From an uncultured Gammaproteobacteria bacterium (GTDB lineage Bacteria; Pseudomonadota; Gammaproteobacteria; DRJJ01), in NCBI GenBank assembly GCA_947258795.1, contig CAMYJU010000008.1, forward strand, positions 133,122-197,121: DNA of 64,000 nt, in the 5' to 3' direction. Shown here piece by piece: positions 38,661 to 48,612 of this stretch; the first letter of the stretch is position 1, and each line of letters opens with the position of its first letter. A program made the translations under genes and the position numbers. The notes below the pieces were generated by a model. It was given only the letters and a program-made list of their open reading frames with translations. It was not told where the DNA came from and made no database searches.

Positions 38661-39044
38661 ATGAGCATCACCCGAACCTTACCCGGCATGACATATTTGC
38701 TGCTCGCATTGATTTGCATGGGCACCGCGACGGCATCGGACTACACCATCACGTTCAAAACGACCGAATGTAACGGGGACCGGGGTATGGCCTCCGTGAA
38801 CATGGACACCATCTGGCGCATGAGTTCAATTGAATGCCGCTCACCGGACAACCCGGACGAAAAACTCATGCAGTTACTGGTCAGGTCAACCAGTGGCCTG
38901 AGTACCTATGACGTTTACCGGATCACACCGGCCGAGGCAGAACGCATACAGAAGAAGATAGATCGCTACATGGATGCGAAGGCCCGTTCACTGGAAAACA
39001 GCGAACACCACAATATCAATATCAACCGCCCATACAGATACTAG
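38661..39044 (+). CDS. hypothetical exported protein
   Basis: 127 aa with the signal peptide LLALICMGTATASD and no recognised domain. It sits between rlpA and dacA. Confidence 0.5.
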   Translation: MSITRTLPGMTYLLLALICMGTATASDYTITFKTTECNGDRGMASVNMDTIWRMSSIECRSPDNPDEKLMQLLVRSTSGLSTYDVYRITPAEAERIQKKIDRYMDAKARSLENSEHHNININRPYRY

Positions 39045-39268
39045 GGAAAAACCCCGTACGGACAGGACCGGTCAATGACCGACCGCCGTCAAATTGGCAG
39101 CAGCGGTCAAGCCCCATTGCGAAACAGACGCCAACAGGCTGGTCGTTTGGGCAGGCCAAACCGTAGCCGAAAATCACGACATTGTTCATAGTTTTAGCGG
39201 GGGATCGGTTTCCTCCCTGGTCCCGGCCACGTTACAATAGCGCACATCTATATACAGTATTCGGACAC

Positions 39269-40414
39269 ATGATGAAGATATTTCCATACCTGGTTTCCAT
39301 GATCTGCAGCCTGCTGATATCCCAGACACTGGCAGCGGCCGCCTTGCCTACACCAACACCACCACCGGTCAGCGCAGGCAGTTACATTGTCATGGATTTC
39401 AACAGCGGCAAGGTCCTGACCGAGAAAAAGACCGATGAACGCATGGAACCGGCCAGCATCACCAAGCTGATGACCGCCTATGTCATCTTTACCGAGATCA
39501 AGGCCGGTCGCATCCAGCTGACTGACCAGGTGCTAATCAGCAAGCGATCACGCAGTATGATCGGTTCACGCAGTTTTATCGAGGCCGGCTCACGGGTTTC
39601 AGTCGATGATCTGCTACACGGCATGATTATCCAGTCAGGTAACGATGCCACGGTAGCACTGGCCGAGCATGCGGCCGGCAGTGAGGAAACCTTTGTTTCA
39701 CTAATGAATCAGCATGCCGCAAAACTGGGTATGGCGGGTACACACTTCGTCAACAGCACCGGGTTACCCGACAAAAAACATTATAGTACGGCCCGTGACA
39801 TAGCCATACTGGCGCGTGCCGTAATCAAGGAGTTTCCGGAATTCTACCCGCTCTACGCGCAAAAGAAATTTACCTATAACGGCATTACCCAGCACAACCG
39901 AAACCTGCTGTTATGGCGTGATGACAGTGTCGATGGCCTGAAGACCGGTCATACCGATTCCGCCGGCTACTGCCTGGTGTCATCAGCCATGCGGGACAAC
40001 ATGCGCCTGATTACTGTTGTGCTGGGTGACAAGAGTGAGAATAAACGCGCGGTCAGCAGCCTGGCGCTGCTGAATTACGGTTTTCGCTTTTTTGAAACCC
40101 GCAAGCTGTACGCTGCCGGCCAGGTACTCAAAAAAATTCGTGTCTGGAAAGGCGACAGGGAGCAGCTACCGGTAGGATTGAACCGGGATCTTTACCTGAC
40201 TCTGCCACGAGGCTCATTCCAAAACCTCAAGGCCTCGGTTAAATTACCCGCACAACAAATGGCGCCCATCAGCAAGGGAAAAACCCTGGGTACGCTTAAC
40301 ATATCCAGTGATACCATACTGGTTTCAGAACAGTCACTAATCGCACTTAACGATGTCAACGAAGGTGGTATCTGGACACGACTATCCGATAGCGTCCTGC
40401 TCTGGTTTGAATAG
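39269..40414 (+). CDS. dacA: D-alanyl-D-alanine carboxypeptidase (PBP5/6 family)
   Basis: The likely start MMKIFPYLVS (ATG at 39269) gives a signal peptide. Motifs are SITKLM (SxxK), SGND (SxN) and KTGHT. The ORF track extends upstream to 39182. Confidence 0.92.
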   Translation: MMKIFPYLVSMICSLLISQTLAAAALPTPTPPPVSAGSYIVMDFNSGKVLTEKKTDERMEPASITKLMTAYVIFTEIKAGRIQLTDQVLISKRSRSMIGSRSFIEAGSRVSVDDLLHGMIIQSGNDATVALAEHAAGSEETFVSLMNQHAAKLGMAGTHFVNSTGLPDKKHYSTARDIAILARAVIKEFPEFYPLYAQKKFTYNGITQHNRNLLLWRDDSVDGLKTGHTDSAGYCLVSSAMRDNMRLITVVLGDKSENKRAVSSLALLNYGFRFFETRKLYAAGQVLKKIRVWKGDREQLPVGLNRDLYLTLPRGSFQNLKASVKLPAQQMAPISKGKTLGTLNISSDTILVSEQSLIALNDVNEGGIWTRLSDSVLLWFE

Positions 40415-40434
40415 GTCCTAATCAGAGGTTCCTT

Positions 40435-41304
40435 ATGACAACATCAACAGTTTACCTGAACGGGCAGTATCTGCCTGCTGAGCAAGCCTGTGTCCCGGTG
40501 ATGGACCGCGGCTTCCTGCTAGGCGATGGGATCTATGAAGTCATCCCGGTGTATGGCGGCAGACCCTTTCGCCTGTCACAGCACCTGCGGCGTTTGCGTA
40601 ACAGTCTCCATGAAATCCGGCTGGAACTGGATTACAGCGACGAACAGTGGACTGAAATACTGGACCGCCTGATTAGCTGTCATGACAGTACCGACCTGTC
40701 TGTTTACCTGCAGGTGACACGTGGTTCAGCTGCCAAACGTGACCACAGTTTTCCGAATCACATCAAGCCAACGGTTTTTGTGATGGTCAGCCCGATGCCT
40801 GCGCACAACCCGGAGTTGTCATATAAAGGTGTACATGCCGTACTGCTGGACGATATACGCTGGCAGCGCTGCGACATCAAGGCCATTACCCTGCTTGCCA
40901 ATGTACTGCTGCGCCAGCGGGCAAACGATCGGGGTGCGCAGGAGGCGATACTGGTACGGGATGGCCTGGCGCTGGAGGGTGCGGCCAGCAACCTGTTCGT
41001 AGTAGATGGGAATACACTGGTTACGGCGCCGAAAAGTCGTCACCTGCTCCCTGGCATCACCCGCGATCTGGTTATTGAACTGGCCCCTGAAGCCGGGCTA
41101 AGTGTTATTGAGAGCAATATTGCCGCCCAGGCATTGCCTGATTATGATGAAATCTGGTTAACCAGTTCCACCAAGGAAATCATGGCGGTGACCCGGTTGG
41201 ATGATATGACGATCAGCAATGGCAAACCGGGGCCAGTGTGGAAAAAAATGATGCAGGTCTACCAGGATTTCAAGCGGGCGCTCAGCCAGGGGACACAGGC
41301 ATGA
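40435..41304 (+). CDS. class IV (D-amino-acid / branched-chain) aminotransferase
   Basis: 289 aa with the fold-type IV PLP enzyme pattern (RGFLLGDGIYEV, catalytic-Lys region CDIKAITLL, EGAASNLF). Confidence 0.85.
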   Translation: MTTSTVYLNGQYLPAEQACVPVMDRGFLLGDGIYEVIPVYGGRPFRLSQHLRRLRNSLHEIRLELDYSDEQWTEILDRLISCHDSTDLSVYLQVTRGSAAKRDHSFPNHIKPTVFVMVSPMPAHNPELSYKGVHAVLLDDIRWQRCDIKAITLLANVLLRQRANDRGAQEAILVRDGLALEGAASNLFVVDGNTLVTAPKSRHLLPGITRDLVIELAPEAGLSVIESNIAAQALPDYDEIWLTSSTKEIMAVTRLDDMTISNGKPGPVWKKMMQVYQDFKRALSQGTQA

Positions 41305-41570
41305 CAGGAACAGATGAATCAGCGCTCAAGTTCCCGTGCCAATTCCCGATCAAGGCCATGGGCAGGGCCGAACACGATATCAAAACTATCACTCTGGAAA
41401 TACTCAGACGTCACGCGCCCGACCAGGATGACTTCCAGGTCAGGATACAGGACAGCAGTAACGGTAACTTTGTCTCGGTCACAGTAACCGTTGTCGCAAC
41501 CAGCCGCGAGCAACTGGACGCGATCTACCAGGACCTTAGCAGTCACAGCGCGATACTGATGTCGCTGTGA
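41301..41570 (+). CDS. ybeD: YbeD-family protein (DUF493)
   Basis: The likely start MTGTDESALKFPCQFPIKAMG gives an ATGA overlap with the aminotransferase stop. It has a typical YbeD motif and lies upstream of lipB/lipA. Confidence 0.85.
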   Translation: MTGTDESALKFPCQFPIKAMGRAEHDIKTITLEILRRHAPDQDDFQVRIQDSSNGNFVSVTVTVVATSREQLDAIYQDLSSHSAILMSL

Positions 41571-41590
41571 CTACCGCTAGTTTACGGTAA

Positions 41591-42034
41591 CTAGTGACGG
41601 TGTCTCCTGCCTAACAGACTGATTAAAATTAGTCCTGTACCAAACAGTGCAAGTGTCCCTGTTTCCGGAATATCGTAATAGCGGTCGCGGCTATTATCCA
41701 CTGAAGACAAACCTGCCACTGCACCGGACTTGAAACCACTGGTGTTGTAATAGCGATTACCCTCAGTCATTGTCAATTGGGAAACCACCGCACCGGATTT
41801 AGAGCCTGTGGCAAAAAAGCGGTTAGCGTTTGCATCCGTGACAAACTGGGCAACATTGCCGGATTTGAAACCGGTTGCATAGTAGCGGTTCTGCTCCACT
41901 GTCACTGTCGGCTGACTGATCACCGCACCGGATTTGACGCTACCATCGAATGTGCTCGTTACCGCTTGTGATATGGCTGGGGCCAGCAACAGCGCTGATA
42001 CCAGGGTCAGGTTTGAAACGTATCTTGCTTTCAT
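41591..42034 (-). CDS. PEP-CTERM sorting-signal protein with internal ~18-aa repeats
   Basis: 147 aa with the signal peptide LLLAPAISQA. It has three to four repeats (N/D)R(Y/F)(Y/F).TG.KSGAV. The C-terminal IPETGTLALFGTGLILISLLGRRHRH has the PEP-like motif, TM helix and basic tail of a PEP-CTERM signal. Confidence 0.75.
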   Translation of the reverse strand: MKARYVSNLTLVSALLLAPAISQAVTSTFDGSVKSGAVISQPTVTVEQNRYYATGFKSGNVAQFVTDANANRFFATGSKSGAVVSQLTMTEGNRYYNTSGFKSGAVAGLSSVDNSRDRYYDIPETGTLALFGTGLILISLLGRRHRH

Positions 42035-42386
42035 ATCACCACCTCCTGAAAGAACTTGATTACGTTTGTTAAGCTTTTGTAATTAATAAAGCATAAAACG
42101 TACCAGCCATTTATTTATTTACATTAATCAGGTGGTTACATGTTTCAGACCTGGAGCCTTTCAGTAAAATTAGCAGTTCATTGTTAACTCACTCGACTAA
42201 AAATCCCGGTAATATTACCTAATAAAAAGTAAAATATTATAATAAACAATAAGTTATAGTATTTTTCTATAAGTATCCTGATGTAAATTTTTTCAACACC
42301 TGCTGATCAAGCATATGCAAGCTGTAAAAAAACTATAAAATACTCAGCTTGTTATTGATCCGGAAACTGCTGGACTGAATCTGAAT

Positions 42387-43067
42387 ATGACCGCTGCCAT
42401 CAACATTCGCTATCTGGGATTACAGGAATATGAACCGCTGTGGCGGCGTATGCAGTCGTTTACCCTGCAGCGGAACGCTAACACCGTGGATGAAATCTGG
42501 GTAACTGAACATCCGCCTGTATTGACCCTGGGTCTTAACGGCAAGCCGGAGCACATACTCAATGCCGGCAAGATCCCGGTCATCCAGGTCGACCGGGGCG
42601 GACAGGTCACCTACCATGGCCCGGGGCAACTGGTTATTTACACCCTGCTCGATCTGAACCGGCTCGGTATCGGGGTACGCGAACTGATCAGCAACATCGA
42701 GCAGGCCATAATCGCAACCCTGGCCCTGCATAAGCTCAAGGCCAGTAGCCGTGCCGATGCGCCGGGTGTGTATATCGATGGCGCCAAGATCGCCGCCCTC
42801 GGCCTACGCATTAAAAAGGGTTGTAGTTATCACGGCCTGAGCCTCAACCTGGATATGGACCTGAGCCCGTTTCTGGGTATTAACCCTTGTGGTTACGAGG
42901 GCATGGATGTTTGTCAGCTTTCTGATTTTAAAGAAAAAATAAATTTTTCCCTGATTACAGATCAACTGCTCACACAACTACTCGCCAATCTGGGATACAC
43001 TATGCCGGATTCTGAAACAGGTACACGGTATGACAAGCTCCAAACGTACAATCGTCACACCAGGTGA
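42387..43067 (+). CDS. lipB: lipoyl(octanoyl) transferase
   Basis: 226 aa with [16 protein letters not shown] and a [16 protein letters not shown] catalytic Cys/Lys region. Confidence 0.93.
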   Translation: MTAAINIRYLGLQEYEPLWRRMQSFTLQRNANTVDEIWVTEHPPVLTLGLNGKPEHILNAGKIPVIQVDRGGQVTYHGPGQLVIYTLLDLNRLGIGVRELISNIEQAIIATLALHKLKASSRADAPGVYIDGAKIAALGLRIKKGCSYHGLSLNLDMDLSPFLGINPCGYEGMDVCQLSDFKEKINFSLITDQLLTQLLANLGYTMPDSETGTRYDKLQTYNRHTR

Positions 43068-43986
43068 ACGCCAGCGCGGTGCAGACAAGGTCGCCCGTAT
43101 CCCGATCAAGGTGGAACCGAGCACCTCGGTCAAGCGTAAACCACACTGGATCCGGGCAAAATCCCCGGCACACCCGGAGGTTAAGCGGCTCAAACAAATC
43201 CTGCGTGACAACAAACTGTATACCGTCTGCGAAGAGGCCTCGTGCCCGAACCTGGGAGAATGTTTTGGCCACGGTACCGCCACATTCATGATCATGGGTG
43301 ACATCTGTACACGCCGCTGCCCGTTCTGTGATGTGGCCCATGGCAAACCCCTGCCACTAGACCAGGATGAGCCGCTTAATCTAGCCCATACGATCAGGGC
43401 CATGGGGCTCAGCTATGTGGTGATTACCTCGGTAGACCGCGACGACCTGCGTGACGGTGGTGCTGGACATTTTGCCCGTTGCATTGCAGCTATACGCGAA
43501 CACAATCCGGAGACCATGATCGAAATCCTGGTACCGGACTTTCGTGGACGCCTTGAGGCCGCCATGAAAAACCTGGCGCCACATCCAGCCAACGTCTTTA
43601 ATCACAACCTTGAAACCGTCTCCAGGCTGTACAAGCAGGCCCGCCCGGGTGCCGACTACGACTGGTCGCTAAAGGTATTGCAACGTTTTGGATCGCTGCA
43701 CCCCGAGGTGCCGACCAAGTCCGGCCTGATGCTCGGACTCGGTGAAACACTGGACGAGGTTGAACAGGTTATGCGCGATCTGCGCAGCCATGATGTGACC
43801 ATGTTGACACTCGGACAATACCTTCAACCCAGTCTTTCGCATCTGCCGGTTGATCGTTTTGTGCATCCGGATGAATTTGAGCGGCTGGCCGAACTAGCCC
43901 ATGAGCTGGGATTTACCCAAGTCGCCAGTGGCCCGATGGTGCGTTCGTCCTACCATGCCGATCTGCAGGCTGCCGGCAAATTCTGA
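43030..43986 (+). CDS. lipA: lipoyl synthase
   Basis: 318 aa with the auxiliary cluster [12 protein letters not shown] and the radical-SAM motif CTRRCPFC. Confidence 0.95.
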   Translation: MTSSKRTIVTPGERQRGADKVARIPIKVEPSTSVKRKPHWIRAKSPAHPEVKRLKQILRDNKLYTVCEEASCPNLGECFGHGTATFMIMGDICTRRCPFCDVAHGKPLPLDQDEPLNLAHTIRAMGLSYVVITSVDRDDLRDGGAGHFARCIAAIREHNPETMIEILVPDFRGRLEAAMKNLAPHPANVFNHNLETVSRLYKQARPGADYDWSLKVLQRFGSLHPEVPTKSGLMLGLGETLDEVEQVMRDLRSHDVTMLTLGQYLQPSLSHLPVDRFVHPDEFERLAELAHELGFTQVASGPMVRSSYHADLQAAGKF

Positions 43987-44024
43987 ATACCAGACCAGCC
44001 TGGCTACCCGTCCAGACGTAACAC

Positions 44025-45299
44025 CTAGATTGGCGGGCCGTTGTAACTGCACACCTGGTCACGCCCCTGGTGTTTGGCATTGTACAGAGCCTGATCAGCG
44101 GCATCGACCAGTTGCGTTGGCGACAAGGCATGGTCCGGCAATACCGCCAGACCGATACTGACCGTGATATGAAACGCCTTGCCCGCTATGCTGAACTCGT
44201 TTCTGGCAATCGAACGACGTATGCGCTCCGCCAGTGCACGGGCATGGATGATATCAGTCGTCGGCAGGATAATTGCCATTTCCTCACCACCATAACGAGC
44301 CACTGCATCAATCTCACGCACATTGCTCTGCAACAATACTGCCATCTGCCTCAGGATTTCGTCTCCGGTTGGATGTCCATACTGGTCGTTAACCTGTTTA
44401 AAATGATCGATATCCAGCATGATCAGCGCCAACGGCTGGTTATAACGTCTGGAGCGCTTATGTTCATCCTCCAGGCGGTCATCAAACGCGCGACGATTCA
44501 GCAACCTGGTCAGACCGTCCTGCATGACCAGCGACTCGAGCTCTTTCGACATATTGTTCATGGCATTGGCGAGCTTGTGAAACTCGACCTGGTTACTGGG
44601 CAATACGATACGATGTGAAAGTTGTCCGGCCGCCAGTTGGTCTGCGCCATGCTCCAGTATCGCCAGCGGCCGGGAGATCAGGCGCACCAGCAGGGTACCG
44701 AGCAGAATAATAATGATCAGTGTGACTGCGGAAAGTACAAATACCAGCAGATAGACCCTGCTCTTGTTTTGCAATACCGAGGCATGTTCCAGCTCGACTT
44801 CATTCTGGATAATCACATAAACGCGTTCCAGTTCGGACAGCATCGCCGAGAGCTGTTGATGAAAAAAATCAAGCTGCTGCAGTTCGTTCTCGCTGGCCCT
44901 GCCTTCGAGCAGATCCAGCCCGATCTTACGTGCCTTGTGCCAATGCTGCTCGGCACTATTCAACAGATCTTTTTCGTTCTGCTCGGAAAACCCGATATCT
45001 CTCAGTTGTTGGCATAACACCTTGATTTGTCGACTTGCACTGTCAAAGCGGCTGCGTGAGGTCGGTTCCGCATGCAAAACAAATTCATCGACGCTGTAAC
45101 TGGCATTAAGAACCACGCGTTGTAGTTCGGTGACCGGTACCAGTTCATGCAGCAGCTCTTCGGCCACTTCATCAAATGAGGAGACGGTCTGGTTAAACAG
45201 CAGGTAAATCGCCCCGGCCAGGGCGAACATCGGCAGGATGAGTACGAACATACCCAGCACCATCCGATAACGTATAGATATTTCTCTAATTTTTTTCAT
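44025..45299 (-). CDS. membrane-bound diguanylate cyclase (periplasmic helical sensor - HAMP - GGDEF)
   Basis: 424 aa with two TM helices flanking a ~150-aa helical sensor and a HAMP domain (RPLAILEHGADQLAAGQL). The GGDEF domain has active site GGEEM and I-site REID five residues upstream (nt 44277-44318). Confidence 0.88.
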   Translation of the reverse strand: MKKIREISIRYRMVLGMFVLILPMFALAGAIYLLFNQTVSSFDEVAEELLHELVPVTELQRVVLNASYSVDEFVLHAEPTSRSRFDSASRQIKVLCQQLRDIGFSEQNEKDLLNSAEQHWHKARKIGLDLLEGRASENELQQLDFFHQQLSAMLSELERVYVIIQNEVELEHASVLQNKSRVYLLVFVLSAVTLIIIILLGTLLVRLISRPLAILEHGADQLAAGQLSHRIVLPSNQVEFHKLANAMNNMSKELESLVMQDGLTRLLNRRAFDDRLEDEHKRSRRYNQPLALIMLDIDHFKQVNDQYGHPTGDEILRQMAVLLQSNVREIDAVARYGGEEMAIILPTTDIIHARALAERIRRSIARNEFSIAGKAFHITVSIGLAVLPDHALSPTQLVDAADQALYNAKHQGRDQVCSYNGPPI

Positions 45300-45433
45300 C
45301 GACCCGGACCGCTTGCTGTTCTGGAATAATACCCATAAATACCAAACAATACATATAGCATATTATTAGTAAGGTAATTATGACCGAGATCAATAAAGCG
45401 TGTCAAATCCGCCATACCTGATGGCGGTCCGAC

Positions 45434-46465
45434 TCAGGCCAGATCGAGCGGATATCGCTCCATCAGGTAGCCCAGACAGTCCTGGCGAATAACCCGCTCG
45501 TTACGAGTCAGCATGGATGGCATCACCGCGCGGGCCAGACTGATCTCGCCATCCTGGTAGCGAAAGAAACTGCTGCCCACTTCGTAACCATTATTATCCC
45601 AGGCGGTCAGGCGGTGCCGGCCATCATCATTAATATGACCCAGGCAGGTGCCTGCGGCCAGCTCGCGAAAGTTCAGGTGATCGATCTCCGGATCCAGGAC
45701 GATATCGGCTCGATTGATCCCAAACCCGATCGACGCCTGTTCGGGCACCTTGACTATCGCCACCGTATGAAACAGATCGAGGTCATGTTCGGCAACCGGG
45801 TGCGCGGGCAGTTCGGACAGATTCAGGCAGGCCTGCATGTATTGCAGGGCATGCTGATCGGCAAATTCCTGTCCGACCTGGCCACATTCCACCGTCACCG
45901 CAGGACAGATCCCGGCGAATGCTGCGGATTGCACACCCAATGGCCGGGTGAAATAGACCACGGTCCTGCTGAACAGCGTCGCCAGGTGCAGGAAATCATG
46001 CTGGACCACGTTAACACAGGCGTAATGTGGATTAATGCCGGTATTGTTATGCACATCCACGCTCGCAAAGACCTGGCGTTCGCGCATGGTGTCAGTAATA
46101 CCTTGCATCATTCTGGATTCCGGACTCTCCCTGCTATCCGTACCCGGCCATGAACGATTATAGTCAGGCTGATCATCCAGATGCCGCAAACCTACCCGGG
46201 CGGCCTCGACATTACCGATAAAAACCGACAAGGCTCGTGGCAGGGTCTGGTCCCGGTACTGTCGTAACAGCGCCCTGAGTGCGTGCCAGCCGGTCACCTC
46301 ATTGCCATGCAGCAATACGGAAAAAAACAGCGGTTCCAGACGCCGCCCGGGCAGGTGAATCAGGGTCGGACCACCGAGTATCTGGTGCAGTTCCGTCGCT
46401 TCGGCCTCATACAAGGCTTCAGGTATCTGGTTTAGTTCATTGAGCATCATCAGTCTGTTGACCAC
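45434..46465 (-). CDS. succinylglutamate desuccinylase/aspartoacylase (AstE/AspA) family zinc hydrolase
   Basis: 343 aa with a zinc-ligand-type motif VLLHGNEVTG. The ORF-track start is GTG. An alternative ATG at 46448-46450 overlaps the upstream gene stop in a TGATG arrangement. Confidence 0.7.
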   Translation of the reverse strand: MVNRLMMLNELNQIPEALYEAEATELHQILGGPTLIHLPGRRLEPLFFSVLLHGNEVTGWHALRALLRQYRDQTLPRALSVFIGNVEAARVGLRHLDDQPDYNRSWPGTDSRESPESRMMQGITDTMRERQVFASVDVHNNTGINPHYACVNVVQHDFLHLATLFSRTVVYFTRPLGVQSAAFAGICPAVTVECGQVGQEFADQHALQYMQACLNLSELPAHPVAEHDLDLFHTVAIVKVPEQASIGFGINRADIVLDPEIDHLNFRELAAGTCLGHINDDGRHRLTAWDNNGYEVGSSFFRYQDGEISLARAVMPSMLTRNERVIRQDCLGYLMERYPLDLA

Positions 46466-47937
46466 TCATGTACTGGCTGACCCTGATGCTGGCGTTCGGC
46501 ATAGGCCAGGGTAAGACCGCCCATATCATTGCCGTGCTCACCGACCCAGGCCCGCTGCCACGCCGAACCGGTCTGCCTGCTGTTAACACGGTCCCGGATG
46601 ATGCCAAGATAGAGATTGATGTCATCCCTGTCTATATCCAGGACCTCGAGCCCGGATATCGCCGCCGGGACCAGTTTCTCCTGTAGCAACTGCCTGACCG
46701 GAATACGACGCCCATCCATCCAGTCCAGCCGGGCCTCAAGCCCGTAACGGGCAGCCGCATAAAAGTTGTCACGCACCTCGTTAAACGCCAGGATAGTCTC
46801 AGGCGCATCCACAGACATGGCCAGATGGTGTACCAAACCATAAAACAAGGCTGCATTGGCGATTGCGTCAACGACAGTCGGGCCGGCCGGTATGACCCGG
46901 TGCTCGATGCGTAAATGCGGTTTGCCATCCCTGTCCGTGCCCAGCAAGGGGCGATTCCAGCGCCAGATCGTACCATTGTGCAGACGCACATGCTGCATGC
47001 TCTCCGCTGGCTCCTGGCTGAGCATGGGCAGCAGTATCGGAAAGTGTTCGAGATTTTCAGCGAAACACTCAAACAGGGATTGTCTTGCATATCCTGAACC
47101 GAAGCCAACCCGCTTGAGTGGTCCGGCGGAGGCACCGGAAAAACCACCGGTAGCGACTGATTGCTCGAACAGCGGGATACGTGTTTCATCCCACAGGTCA
47201 TGACCGAACAGGTAGGGTGAATTGACACAGGCGGCCAGCACCGGAGCCGACGCGACTATCGCTGCATTATAGTAACGCACGGCGTTGTCCATATTGACCT
47301 GCAGGTGTAACTGGAACGAGGTCGTTGCCGCCTCCAGCATGACATTATGATGGGTGGTACGCAGATGCTCCCGGCCAAGTATATCCAGCTGCAGGGGCCT
47401 GCCTTCACGATGCCTGAAAACCTGTTCGTTCAGCGCCCGGTAGCGCTTCATATGTGACATGTTGGCCAGTATCAGCTGTGTCTCTTTCACACTGGGCAGG
47501 ATACCGATCATCATCAGGTCGATATCCATTTGCCGGGCGACGCCGGTGCAATGTAACCAGTTGCGCAGCAGGTCATCGTAAAGCTCACTGAGCACCCCGC
47601 CATGAAGCGCGGCCGGACGCACATTCAGTTCTACGTTAAACAGTGATAGCTCGGGTGAGACCCACTGGCTGTCGAGATGAGACAGAAAATCGATGTTGAC
47701 CGGCGCCGGGCTTCCGGTCTGGTCGATCAGCCAGGCCTCAAGCTCAAATCCGGCGATTCCGCTTTGCTGACTGAAATGCCTGTCTTCAAACCAGTGACCT
47801 AACAGCGCGGTTTCCCGGGTCAGGACAGCACGGTATTCCACGAAATCCCGTTCGCTGAACTCTGTGGTTTGGATTTCCTGCCCCATAGCAATCAAGATAC
47901 CCATGCCAGACACGCGATACAAGCAAATTATTAGCAC
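46450..47937 (-). CDS. glutamate-cysteine ligase family 2 (GCS2)-like carboxylate-amine ligase
   Basis: 495 aa with the GCS2-like pattern (GFELEAWLID, FQLHLQV, RIEHRVIPAGPT). The start is uncertain (GTG 47937, ATG 47904 or ATG 47886). Confidence 0.7.
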   Translation of the reverse strand: MLIICLYRVSGMGILIAMGQEIQTTEFSERDFVEYRAVLTRETALLGHWFEDRHFSQQSGIAGFELEAWLIDQTGSPAPVNIDFLSHLDSQWVSPELSLFNVELNVRPAALHGGVLSELYDDLLRNWLHCTGVARQMDIDLMMIGILPSVKETQLILANMSHMKRYRALNEQVFRHREGRPLQLDILGREHLRTTHHNVMLEAATTSFQLHLQVNMDNAVRYYNAAIVASAPVLAACVNSPYLFGHDLWDETRIPLFEQSVATGGFSGASAGPLKRVGFGSGYARQSLFECFAENLEHFPILLPMLSQEPAESMQHVRLHNGTIWRWNRPLLGTDRDGKPHLRIEHRVIPAGPTVVDAIANAALFYGLVHHLAMSVDAPETILAFNEVRDNFYAAARYGLEARLDWMDGRRIPVRQLLQEKLVPAAISGLEVLDIDRDDINLYLGIIRDRVNSRQTGSAWQRAWVGEHGNDMGGLTLAYAERQHQGQPVHEWSTD

Positions 47938-47940
47938 TGC

Positions 47941-48612
47941 TCAGGACAGCATTCTGTCTAGTTCAGCAAGGCGTTCCGGTGTACCGATGTCGTACCAAAT
48001 GCCGTCATAATATTGTCCGGCAACCTGGTTTCCCTGCATGGCTGTTCGTAGCAATGGGGCCAGCGGGAAGGCCTGATCAGGCATAGATGCAAACAAACGC
48101 GGATCATAGACCCCGATACCACTGAAAGTCAGAGCAGGCCTGCCGCTATCGGCAACACGCCCCTGGTGCAGGTAAAAATCGCCTTGCGGATGATGTTCCG
48201 GGTTGTCGACCAGCATCAGCCACGCCAGGTCTGCCGTATTCAGACCCAGGCCCGATAATTGAAAATCGGTCCAGATGTCGCCATTAATAACCAGGAAAGC
48301 ATCGTCACCCAGCATTGGCAGTGCGTGACGAATTCCCCCGCCGGTCTCCAGCGCCGACTCACCTTCATTCGAGTATTCGATCGTCAGACCATAACGGGAG
48401 CCATTGCCCAGGGTTTCGATAATCTGCTTCGCCAGATAGGAAACATTGATCACGATGTCGGAATAACCGGCCGCTTTCAGATTAAACAAATGGTACTCAA
48501 TCAATGCATGCCCCCCCACCTTCAACAGGGGTTTGGGTGTGTCACGGGTCAATGACATCATGCGTTCACCGCGACCGGCTGCAAGTATCATGGCTTTCAT
48601 TGATCCAATCAT
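47941..48612 (-). CDS. murU: N-acetylmuramate alpha-1-phosphate uridylyltransferase-like nucleotidyltransferase
   Basis: 223 aa with the nucleotidyltransferase N-terminus MKAMILAAGRGERM..TPKPLL. Its start ATG overlaps the amgK-like stop (TGATG). The amgK-murU pair next to lptD matches the Pseudomonas arrangement. Confidence 0.8.
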   Translation of the reverse strand: MIGSMKAMILAAGRGERMMSLTRDTPKPLLKVGGHALIEYHLFNLKAAGYSDIVINVSYLAKQIIETLGNGSRYGLTIEYSNEGESALETGGGIRHALPMLGDDAFLVINGDIWTDFQLSGLGLNTADLAWLMLVDNPEHHPQGDFYLHQGRVADSGRPALTFSGIGVYDPRLFASMPDQAFPLAPLLRTAMQGNQVAGQYYDGIWYDIGTPERLAELDRMLS

